Of a stretch of DNA of 20,000 bases, positions 8,765 to 18,587 are shown piece after piece. The stretch is from Albugo candida (lineage: Eukaryota), in NCBI GenBank assembly GCA_040437565.1, contig JBDOQK010000064.1, positions 170,145-190,144 of the forward strand, written 5' to 3'. The notes below the pieces were generated by a model. The model was not told the origin of the DNA. It was given only the letters and a program-made list of their open reading frames with translations, and made no database searches. The position numbers and the translations under genes were made by a program. Positions within the stretch are counted from its first letter, which is position 1; each line of letters begins with the position of its first letter.

Positions 8765-9496
8765 GTATCGCATCCACTTGCAAGCCGTAATGCGAATAAT
8801 ATATCAATACTGCGGAATGTCGATCGTGGCTGTATTGCCAACAAAAGGCTTGGCGAGGTTCTTGCTTGACAAATCTCAAGTTCATAGTCTTGATTGATTA
8901 GAATTGTGTGTGTTAGCCCACCTGACATTCCCGTAGTGATGATCCGACACTTGCAAATAAACTTTGTATCAAATCATTGGTACAATGTCACATTCGGCTA
9001 GGCACAGAGGCACATCTGGATGCTACAAGCACGTTGATTTGTATCGAGCCCTTACTGTCATATCAACGTTTTGCAGCTGCNNNNNNNNNNNNNNNNNNNN
9101 NNNNNNNNNNNNNNNNNNNNNNNNNNNNNNNNNNNNNNNNNNNNNNNNNNNNNNNNNNNNNNNNNNNNNNNNNNNNNNNNGTATCGCATCCACTTGCAAG
9201 CCGTAATGCGAATAATATATCAATACTGCGGAATGTCGATCGTGGCTGTATTGCCAACAAAAGGCTTGGCGAGGTTCTTGCTTGACAAATCTCAAGTTCA
9301 TAGTCTTGATTGATTAGAATTGTGTGTGTTAGCCCACCTGACATTCCCGTAGTGATGATCCGACACTTGCAAATAAACTTTGTATCAAATCATTGGTACA
9401 ATGTCACATTCGGCTAGGCACAGAGGCACATCTGGATGCTACAAGCACGTTGATTTGTATCGAGCCCTTACTGTCATATCAACGTTTTGCAGCTGC
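8765..9496. other. Assembly gap (100 N, 9081..9180) flanked by an exact 316-bp duplication
   Basis: 8765..9080 appears identical to 9181..9496, both copies directly abutting the gap. Confidence 0.93.
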
Positions 9497-9970
9497 CGTC
9501 GATAACAAGCTCAGAGAGAACGCCTAAGATTAGGATCACACGAGTTGAAGTATTGGCATTTAGGGGCTGATTGATTAGCATAAGATTTGGAAAAGGACGA
9601 ACACTGAGTTGACGTGTGCGACGTGGTCATTTTGCGATAGTCTTTTAGCGCCGTACTTGATGTCAAAATTGTCCTGAATGGTACCTCATCCGATTGAATA
9701 GATCGCTCTGCGACTATAAGACGAGAACGCTACATACGATGTTAATATTAGTTCAATTCATATGTAGATGTCCTTGAGTTCACAGGAGTTCAGTCAAACT
9801 TTTGCTTCATATCGCAATGTGTGAACGCCAATACTTATTGAGTTACAAGCTTGAATTGATGGTATCGACGGAAAACTCCATGTCAGCGATATGAACAACT
9901 TGGTATATCTATTCAAGCTTCCGAGCTATTTTTGAAATGACTTACGACCAAAGTCTATAATTTTAATAAT

Positions 9971-10249
9971 ATGTATCTGATCCAAGTTCTTCAATTTTCG
10001 CTGACAATCGTTCTTTTCATTGTCTACATTCTGCATGCTAATGCAACTAAACCGCCACAATCTTCACGAATTGCTGATTTCTTATACGAAACTTTCAATC
10101 AATCTCATATGAAATGTTGTTCTGTTGAAAGGTTGACTCTCTTAATCTCAATGATTTTCAGATCCATTTACTACGATACCAACTGCAACCGAATTGTAAT
10201 GCAGCATGTCCAGCGCCTCTATATCGCATGTATTGACAAAACAGGATGA
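9971..10249 (+). CDS. Candidate small secreted protein, 92 aa, 4 Cys
   Basis: MYLIQVLQFSLTIVLFIVYILHANA|TKPP: long hydrophobic core plus A-N-A cleavage motif, ATG start, no overlap with other genes, converges on the 631-aa gene. No recognised family. Confidence 0.45.
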   Translation: MYLIQVLQFSLTIVLFIVYILHANATKPPQSSRIADFLYETFNQSHMKCCSVERLTLLISMIFRSIYYDTNCNRIVMQHVQRLYIACIDKTG

Positions 10250-10439
10250 ACTTCCTACACCTATCTATCTATGATTACTGCTAGGATAACCCAGCGCCTT
10301 CAAAATACCATTTCTTGTCACAATCACAATCTAACAGTTTCGTCTACTGAGTCATTACATCAGTAAAATCACCAAAGCTTCGTGTGTCCTCGATGTCTCA
10401 CAACCTCACATAGGCAAATTTGAAAAACGAGTTACTTCT

Positions 10440-12335
10440 TTATCCTTTTTGCAGTGATTCGCTCTTGTCACTAATCTCTAAGTCTTGGAGCATGTCCGCG
10501 TATAGTTTTCCAGTATAGTCTGTTGCAAGCGTTGTCCATATTGAGTCCATTATAGTCGCGGCTTTCTTGGCTTCCTGCGCTTCGTCATTCTGATTATTGT
10601 TGCCCCTAGGAGACGCAAGGATGTTTCTAATAATGTTTCTCCGCTCCGCTTTATACTTGATATGTGCCATTGAAGCGGTTCCGGATGTCACATTGCAGAT
10701 TTGATAGACCTCTTCACAGACAGAACTGACGAATGCTTTCATGGACTCAAGTTCTTGTTGGGAGTTTTGATTTGAATTTGATCGAGAGACACTATTTCTC
10801 GAACATGTTGGATGGTTGATGTGATTACTGTCAGTCCTTGACCGAATATTGGACCAATCTAATTTCCGTGAGACAACTTGTTGATTTTTTCGCCTCAAGA
10901 ACGGCTTTACATTCTGCACTGAAGCAATCTGCTTTGGCTGAGAACGTGTACGTGACGACATAACGCTCGATGATTTCGTTTTCTCTTTCTTTCGTGATTT
11001 CCTCAAGAGCTTACTTGGCGCTCCAGATGCAAGACCGGGGCTCGAAACTGATTTTTCTGGCGCAACCTCTATTTGACGATTACAATCCGTCGCTTCTTCA
11101 CTATCGGATTGAGATTCACCCGATTGAGACGATGGAGGAGAGAATACTTGCATGCGAGATCGAGCACTTCTTCGACTATCGTTGCGAATGCTCAAATTTG
11201 TAGCATTGAAACGCTGTTTTTGCATCGATTTTTCGCATTGTTGAAATTTACAATCGGTCTGCTGAATACAATTGTCATCTGATGATCCGCTGACTAAAGG
11301 CACTACCTCAACCATTCCAATTCCCTGAATGGGATCCCTTACGAGACGTTGGCTCTCCTCTTCCATCGATATGACTGATAAACCCAGCTGTATCTCACCC
11401 TGTAAATCAGTAGGAGAAACGATGTGAAACGAAAACCACCGACAAATTGACTGAGCTTCTACAACTTCAGCTGTATCAATTGAAATATCAAGTTGCCCGA
11501 TCAGGTTACTGGAAGCAGACGTAAGATGAGATGGTCGTAGATATAAAGCGACATTGATATTTTGTTTCTTTGACTTTGATTGAAATTCATCCAGCCTGAG
11601 TTCAATGTTCGAAGAAAGGGTCCACGGTAATTGGTTCCTCATAGCGATTTTGGTCGTCTCCAATACTTTAGACTCTTTCAGTGAGATGATATTTCCCGCT
11701 TCGTCCAGTATCTGTAATCTCAGCTGAAGAGTGATCACGCCATCATCAAAGCAAGATGAGGTGATGTTACGTGTCGATAAAACGCTTACATGGAGCTCAT
11801 GTAAAAAGCATTTCGTGATGCCTCGGTCAAAGGGATTCATGCAGGCTGAAATTTCTGTGCTTTCAACCACCTTGTAGTTTTCATCTTCATGATCGCACTT
11901 GGGTACTTTGTTGACAATTTTTTCAATTGCGTAAGAGGATGGCTGGTGTGAAGAATCATAAAAAGAGACGGACGTCGTGTTTGTTGAACGGCAGCAAGCT
12001 TTTGCTCGCTTTAAGTACATCTGAACACGACTGGTCATTATGTCTATCCGGTTTTTTCGATATGGCCTTACGCTCTGACATTTATTCCTATGTGTACACG
12101 ATGAGAAGAAAAGATCGGATGCTTCCTGGGCCCCCTTTACAGCGTTGTAGAAAAATGCTTTTGGGGCCGGTGGTGCTTGTACTACGTCGTTGGAAGCAGC
12201 GACGAGTTTTTGCAAGGTATCTGCAAGATCTCTTTCTACTTGATCTGGACCATCTGAATCGACAAAATCTTTCCAGACTAGGTGCTTGACTTCGGAAAAT
12301 GTTTCCGAGGTATCGAGTAATGATGAGATCTTCAT
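10440..12335 (-). CDS. Uncharacterised 631-aa protein with a divergent C2 domain and a basic Ser-rich region
   Basis: Long ATG-initiated ORF. About 11367..11798 encodes ELHVSVLSTRNI...INVALY...LIGQLDISI...RWFSF...GEIQLGLSV, which follows the C2 beta-sandwich strand pattern. Confidence 0.82.
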   Translation of the reverse strand: MKISSLLDTSETFSEVKHLVWKDFVDSDGPDQVERDLADTLQKLVAASNDVVQAPPAPKAFFYNAVKGAQEASDLFFSSCTHRNKCQSVRPYRKNRIDIMTSRVQMYLKRAKACCRSTNTTSVSFYDSSHQPSSYAIEKIVNKVPKCDHEDENYKVVESTEISACMNPFDRGITKCFLHELHVSVLSTRNITSSCFDDGVITLQLRLQILDEAGNIISLKESKVLETTKIAMRNQLPWTLSSNIELRLDEFQSKSKKQNINVALYLRPSHLTSASSNLIGQLDISIDTAEVVEAQSICRWFSFHIVSPTDLQGEIQLGLSVISMEEESQRLVRDPIQGIGMVEVVPLVSGSSDDNCIQQTDCKFQQCEKSMQKQRFNATNLSIRNDSRRSARSRMQVFSPPSSQSGESQSDSEEATDCNRQIEVAPEKSVSSPGLASGAPSKLLRKSRKKEKTKSSSVMSSRTRSQPKQIASVQNVKPFLRRKNQQVVSRKLDWSNIRSRTDSNHINHPTCSRNSVSRSNSNQNSQQELESMKAFVSSVCEEVYQICNVTSGTASMAHIKYKAERRNIIRNILASPRGNNNQNDEAQEAKKAATIMDSIWTTLATDYTGKLYADMLQDLEISDKSESLQKG

Positions 12336-14220
12336 GGATGAACCAGAAAACCCTCTTACCAGCAGAGCACCAATCTATTTTAATACCCTATCAGAAAAAG
12401 TTTGTGTCTCAGACAGCAACATGTATGCGTCGATGTTATCAGGAATGGTTCCAAATCATTGACTTCTTGACACTGCAAAGATGTTTTGATTACGTAGATA
12501 TGTGCTGTGCTGAGATATTTTTTATTAGATAGTATTCTGAAATAGATGCACAAAGAGTGATTGATACCTGGCCGGCATTCATATGTATACTATAATTCGT
12601 ACATGTTGCGCACAATACCATCTTCATCAAAATGAGATATCAATTCGGCATATTAGACGTCAATTTGAGATAAGATGTCAACTATCAAGCAGCTTGGAAT
12701 CCAGCATTCATCTCGGAAGCCTCTATTGATATCAAATCTGATGCAACGTCGACAGTATCTCAGATAAAATATTAAATTGACTGAAGTTTCACAGGAGGCA
12801 CATTCTATGATTTCTACATGTCGCTGTGACAGCGGAATCGGCTCTGAGGAAAGATAAGGGGGAATTGCGATCAGTATAGGACCCTATGTACCCTACTACG
12901 CACCCTATAGGGGCTTTGAAAAAAAGTCAAATATTGCGTAGTAGAGTGAGGTGCATACGATCTTATTTGCATACCGGATAGAGAGGATAGAAAGACCGTC
13001 ATGGTGCCGAGTGTATAAAAAAGCTTACCAAAGATAGTAGGCATCAATGCGTTGCCCGGCTGCAAGCAAAGATATTATTCATACATTATTACGCTTGCTT
13101 GATGGAGCCATTGTGGTGCCTGTGCTATGAGAATGCCTTACACTTTACATTTTGAAACTCCATTCTCCCTACGGTTCGGCGGCACATCTTTATACTGACG
13201 AACCTCCTATCAAAAACATTACATCGTGAGAGAAATAGTTGAGGAAAACACCCGGTCTGGTGCTCAATCAAATCAGATATCAGTACATGTGTTCCAACAT
13301 CATGCGCTATCTGTCTCGAGTCTTTTATGTATGACACTTTGACAGGAGTCACACAAGCAAATGCTGATCGCTTAGCATTAATACCATAGCGCAATCGATT
13401 TTGACTATTGCTCTGATGTAATTCGTTATTAGTCAAGTCATACATGATTCTCAAAGTCCAGATAGAAACTTGTGTCGACTGCTAATTGATCACTATATTC
13501 CAGACATCTGATCAAAGAAGGGACGGCAGGCGAGAGAAGCACAGCAGTGTCAACCATTGTATAAGAATCGCGGCATAAAGCCAAAGAAACGCTCAACGAT
13601 GCAGCCTGATTTGGTCCATGATAAACAATAGGTCCAAACAATAAATTTCCCTGAAGGCTTTGTTGAAAAGTTTCGATGGTTGAATGCTTTAAAACGAACA
13701 ACGTGGACTAGCATCAGTTACTACGTGATGTGAAGTCCTTTCCAAACCAAGAATATTGCACGAGCTGAATTACAACGACAAAGAGCTTTCCACATATACA
13801 CGTATCAAATCATTGGCCCAAGTACATCCATGAACGTGTTCAGATCCTTGAATCACATCAGTATGACTACGTCTATTTCCACGTCATCAGTATCAGATTT
13901 CTATAATAGATACTTATAACCGGAAAACGCATTCTGCAGATAATGGACTTTTAGGGTCGATGGCTCGTGTCATGAAAGTGTCTTTTTTGGTCGTACGAAA
14001 TGTGGACAACAGCTTGAGCATTTGTGTATGCCATTTTTCACTCAAGTAGAAAGATCAAGCAATCAAACAATGGATTATACAGTACCGCCTTACTACCAGC
14101 CTCATTCTCACGTATGACTATATAGACGATCAACTTAATCTGTTCGCTAAAAGTATTTACCCTGACGATGATTTTGTCAAGTTTACCCATCGAGTACCGG
14201 TTTCGTTTATCGCAGAATAC

Positions 14221-15654
14221 TTGTTTGTTACTCGCAATTCTCAAGGCGTTATCTCGAGCTACGATATGTCTCTAGCCAGCATGAGGTCTCTCGGGTCAAG
14301 ATATGAAAAAGTACAATTGATAGAGAAGAGAATTCAACCCGAGATATCTACTAAAAGCACTCGATTCTTACAAGCAACAAATGCTGAGAAAATACTCTTA
14401 CGGACATATCAACAAGTCATATACATGGCCAAAATGCAAATTGCCGACAGCAGCTTTGTGGTCATGGTTGATACTGGCTCTTCAGACCTATGGGTGTCAT
14501 GTTCTTTTGTCAAGAACAGTGGATGTTCTCGCACATGTCCGAAAAACAACATTGTAATTCGGTACGGCTCAGGTGATGTGTGTGTTGTTCCCAAATCTGC
14601 GAGGATTAAATTGGGAAGCTTAGAGATCGATGAGTATACTTTTGGCATTGCTCACGGATCTAATGTGCTTGATACGGGGAACATAAGAAGCAAATTACTT
14701 GTTGGGGACTCTCAAGGTTTACTAGGACTTGCGTATGGCTCTATATCATCGTACCAAAGCAGAGCTGGACAACTCATCGATTACCTTACATCTTTCTCGA
14801 TCTTTCTCGGTCAGGAACACAATAATGAATCATTTTTACTTTTGAACGGCGTTGATACTGCATTGATTGAGCAGCAGCGTTGGCAACCATACGTCATCAA
14901 CCTCAAACGATCAGCTCACTGGACAATAGGAATGACGGGATTCAGAGTTGGAAAAGAAAAGTCGATATTTCCATGCGCCGATGATATACCGTTTTCTGGA
15001 TCATCATCATCATGTGACACCATTGTTGATACAGGCACGTCCCTTATATACATGCCGAATCTTGTGTACGAGGGGTTTACACGAAATTATCTGAAGCCGA
15101 TAGGATGCGTGTTAGATGACACATCCTCGACATATATTTGCCCTTCATCGAAAGAGCTTCCACGTCTCGAATTTACTTTCGATAATGCGTCTTTCACTTT
15201 GTCGGCTAGTGAGTATAGTTTACCAGCATCACCTTCACATGTCTATATCGAGATACAACCGATCTCAACTTCTATGATCACAGTATCTCCTTTGGATAAT
15301 AGCTGGATTATTGGGGCCACATTTCTGAGAAAGTATTATTCCTCATATGAAGTTAATAGATCAGTGACATTTTATTGTGAGGCAGGACAATGTGGGAGCA
15401 ATAATACGATATCAACACCAGCTTTCGGATATCCCACTTCAGGCAGTGATTTGCTTCCCAACACGGGGGCTCTCATGTCACCGGCAACGGTGATGAGAAC
15501 ACTTTATATACTATTGGTAATCTTGGGAGTCGTTGGGATCTTCTCTGTGATACTTTCATGTCTGCGACGTTGTTCATATAAGCGACGTCCGCTTGGTACT
15601 AATGGTGAATATGGTGCGAATTACAATGCTGGCTTCACACCCCGACGCATCTGA
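14221..15654 (+). CDS. Pepsin-family (A1) aspartic protease with C-terminal transmembrane anchor; true 5' end unresolved
   Basis: Catalytic motifs VMVDTGSSDLWV and TIVDTGTSLIY, flap IRYGSG, psi-loops GLLGLAY and WIIGATFLRKYY, then hydrophobic LYILLVILGVVGIFSVILSCL followed by basic RRCSYKRR. The frame is open back to 14050; the first ATG (14266) gives no signal peptide. Confidence 0.92.
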   Translation: MFVTRNSQGVISSYDMSLASMRSLGSRYEKVQLIEKRIQPEISTKSTRFLQATNAEKILLRTYQQVIYMAKMQIADSSFVVMVDTGSSDLWVSCSFVKNSGCSRTCPKNNIVIRYGSGDVCVVPKSARIKLGSLEIDEYTFGIAHGSNVLDTGNIRSKLLVGDSQGLLGLAYGSISSYQSRAGQLIDYLTSFSIFLGQEHNNESFLLLNGVDTALIEQQRWQPYVINLKRSAHWTIGMTGFRVGKEKSIFPCADDIPFSGSSSSCDTIVDTGTSLIYMPNLVYEGFTRNYLKPIGCVLDDTSSTYICPSSKELPRLEFTFDNASFTLSASEYSLPASPSHVYIEIQPISTSMITVSPLDNSWIIGATFLRKYYSSYEVNRSVTFYCEAGQCGSNNTISTPAFGYPTSGSDLLPNTGALMSPATVMRTLYILLVILGVVGIFSVILSCLRRCSYKRRPLGTNGEYGANYNAGFTPRRI

Positions 15655-15937
15655 TGATAATATCTGAGGAACTAAACCGCAAGTCGTGCACACTGAGTGA
15701 AAAGAACGAACTGGTGTTGCATGTGGTTGAATAAAGAAATCATATTGCTGATTAGTCTACCGCAAGGTTGCGAGTCAAAAATGCAATCTGGTAACAAGGA
15801 GTGGTACAGACGTCACGACAAGTAACAAGTGTCTTCTCGTGCCCTTTAGATGGATACATTGCGTTTCTCAACACTTAGACGGGTGGCTGGCGATGAGCAA
15901 AAAGCAACAGAAAATCGCTTGTTAAGGGCATCTGACC

Positions 15938-18587
15938 TCATACGTAATACATGATGCTCCTAAAATTGTTGTGAACTTGCATTAGCCTCAAGTCAACCTC
16001 AGGCTCATTTTCTTCCCCAGAAATCGATGACATTGTGTCGCTGCAACCATCCGGAGTGAATATTCGGGCTCGGAAAGCCAGTAAATGCGAGTAGTATGGT
16101 GCTGGCACCATCGATACAGATCGAGTGCACCTGGCAAAAGTATAACATAATCGGTAAGTCAGTACTTGTAATTCATCAGCACTGAAGCCAATTTCATCCA
16201 GCAATACGTGGTAATGCGTTGGCCTACTAGTGCCCTGTATGCACCCATGGCTCATTAGATAAAAATCGTGCTCAAAAGGATGACAAATCTCAGTATCGAC
16301 AACTGTGCCAGCTTTGACATTTCCACTACGATCGGTGTCCTTCTGATCCGAAGCAAATAAGCGAGTATTGTGCCGTTTTTGAACGACTAAGAACGTTATT
16401 GCCGGCATGTAATCTTTCTCAAGCGATGCACAAGCTGCCCGTATGGCCGTCACTTCATGATTTAATACCATTGAGAACTGTCCTTCGCTGACGCCATCAC
16501 GATAGAACAGTAGTTGATTGGGTTTCACTCTCGACTCCTTGTAGAAAATCATGAGAAGCTCTTTTGCCATTTCTTGCAAGTTCATGATTTGTTCAACTCT
16601 GTGTCCTTGGACACGAAGAGTAGCCGCGTGCTTTATGCAATGACGATCCATAGATGCGATCACAGCTGCAATAGATGGTCGAGACCTCTCACTTACACCA
16701 GGGTGAGTTACATCAGCACCAAAGATGATCGTTGGCACTTCCGATACTTTCGGTATAGGATCGCTAATGACCGCATTTTTCCCCCCAAGTTTCGTGTTGA
16801 CTTTAAGTAGTATATTCGCGATGTATTGTGGACTCGCCCTGTCGATGTGCTTTGCAAGCATGCATTGAGAAGGAATTCCATTCTCGGATGTCCGACAAAC
16901 GCTTTAATTCTCCGTAAACACCTGCATCTGCGGTCGAATTTATGAGCCAAATAATTTCGGCAGGGGCACGGAATGTTGTTTGCGCTTTATGAAGCGCATC
17001 CGGAAACAATTCGCGCACCGTAGAAAAGCGTTGCTGCTGCAATATAATGGGTGGAATCTGTTGTGGCACCTGCATACCTAGCTGTCTCATCTGTTTCACA
17101 ACTTGAATGAGAAACTTTTTGATCTGGTCGGGACTACAACGACGGGGATCGCACATGCTTATCACAGCCCAGGACGTAAGATGAGCAGACTCGGAAAATG
17201 ATTTGTTTTTCATTTTCCACGCCCCGTCACGGGGTCGCTCGGTTCCACGGGAGTAAGCCATTTCTGGCTCTGGGAGAATTCGAGCTTGAGCAGTAACCAT
17301 CGTCGGGTTCACAGTGAGCCCCCACGCCTTCAGAACCGGATCACGACCAAAACCAACATCGCGTACTTTCTGTTCAATTCGGTGCTTGCGATCGTCTGGT
17401 TTAGTACAAGTAAAACGGATCATATTTTCAACTTGTCTGTCTGTTATTTTTCGAGGTGTTTTCCGACCAGCAATGATGTGACAGACTTCCAACGGCAAAT
17501 AATTTTTCTTGTTCATTGCACCAACGTGTAAACAAGGTAGTTCTGGATGCCGTAGCGACTTGTAGTTTTTTGCAAAATATGCTGCAACAGATAATTCCGA
17601 GCCAGAATCGTCGTCGAAGAATAAATCTCCTGCAGAAGCTTTTGATAGTCCATTGACCCGAAAGGTACGCTTCATATCGCCTCGATGAGTTACATAAACT
17701 TTAAGGCCTTTTACTGCCTTCGAAAAAGCTAAAGTTTGTACTTTATTTAAAGTTCTTGGGAGCGTACGGTCTCTCTGATTCAGCGTTTCGATCAGAAAGT
17801 CTAATACACTCATCTCCTTCACAAACGCTGTAGCTGCCAAGTCCAAGTTTAAATCTAGATGATTTTGCGTTGGCCGTAAACTTTAAAAGTGTCCAAACCA
17901 AACCTCAGAACCTTCCCCAATATCTTTGGCACCATTATGTGAGTATAAACTTCGACCAACGGATACAAGTCGTGAGCTTGATGTGTGTCGCATTGCGATA
18001 TCAAGTGCTTGTAGTGCATCATATGGAGTATAATTTAGCTTCCCTTGGAAAAACATTTCAGGCTGATTTGCACTCACTGCCAATTTAGATGCTTCTTTGA
18101 CTAAGCAATGATACAGTTTCGGTTTAGCCTGATCAGGTAGCTGCAGATTATCGAACTCTTTTTCTGTAAACGGCAATTTCAATACTGTGTAGATATTTTT
18201 TCTACAATCGGTCACTACTACTGGAGTAGACATATCAACTTTCAGGCGTGCCCAAAGAGAACTCATTAAGTGGCTGGTCACACTTTTGCTAAGGCCTTCA
18301 TTCGTAAACTTTTCGTCTTGTAGTGCCATTGACAGATCATAATGGTACAAGCTGACCCCAAAATCAGCAGTGACCTTGTAATGATTCGCATGGATTGAGA
18401 TTTGTTTACCAAGATGACCGAATCCAGGTCGACGGGGAAGATTCATTTCTAAACTCGAGATAATTTGATCATTATTCGTACCTTCCGTTTCAATGCTGAG
18501 TGATCCTAGATCCAGTTGCCCAGTTGTTCTACTTTCTTGGCCTGAAATATCAAGTCTTTCTTTCTGAACGCCTCGCTTGCGCGCCAT
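15938..18587 (-). pseudogene. AGO: Argonaute (eukaryotic AGO clade, N-L1-PAZ-L2-MID-PIWI), about 882 codons when repaired; one premature stop and one frameshift
   Basis: Three ORF-track pieces form one gene: LPRRPGFG...ANHYKV (N), WFGHF*SLRPTQ (L1; TAA at 17883..17885, same frame on both sides), SVAAYF...LRHPELPCL...NYLPLEVC (PAZ), [16 protein letters not shown] (MID; 10 nt rather than 9 at 16880..16889), [51 protein letters not shown], ending MYYV. Family call is near certain; pseudogene versus sequence error is not settled. Confidence 0.9.

Noticed and set aside
8055..8928. Short ORFs on both strands between centrin and gap 2, including MKGFLQPRINIDAVLEALK near 8440
   Set aside because: No recognisable motifs or consistent exon chain by eye; a decayed gene or TE cannot be excluded without a search.
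8936..9020. GTGATGA box C-like motif as a possible C/D snoRNA
   Set aside because: No properly placed CTGA box D or terminal stem.
8765..9496. 316-bp direct repeat as an LTR pair or mobile element
   Set aside because: Copies are identical, abut a 100-N gap exactly, and lack TG...CA ends or a target-site duplication: assembly overlap.
13440..13920. Stop-sparse + strand frame containing INFPEGFVEKFRWLNALKR, faintly like a pogo/Tc5 CENP-B HTH segment
   Set aside because: Several in-frame stops, no DETG-type catalytic motif and no terminal inverted repeats seen; too weak without an HMM hit.
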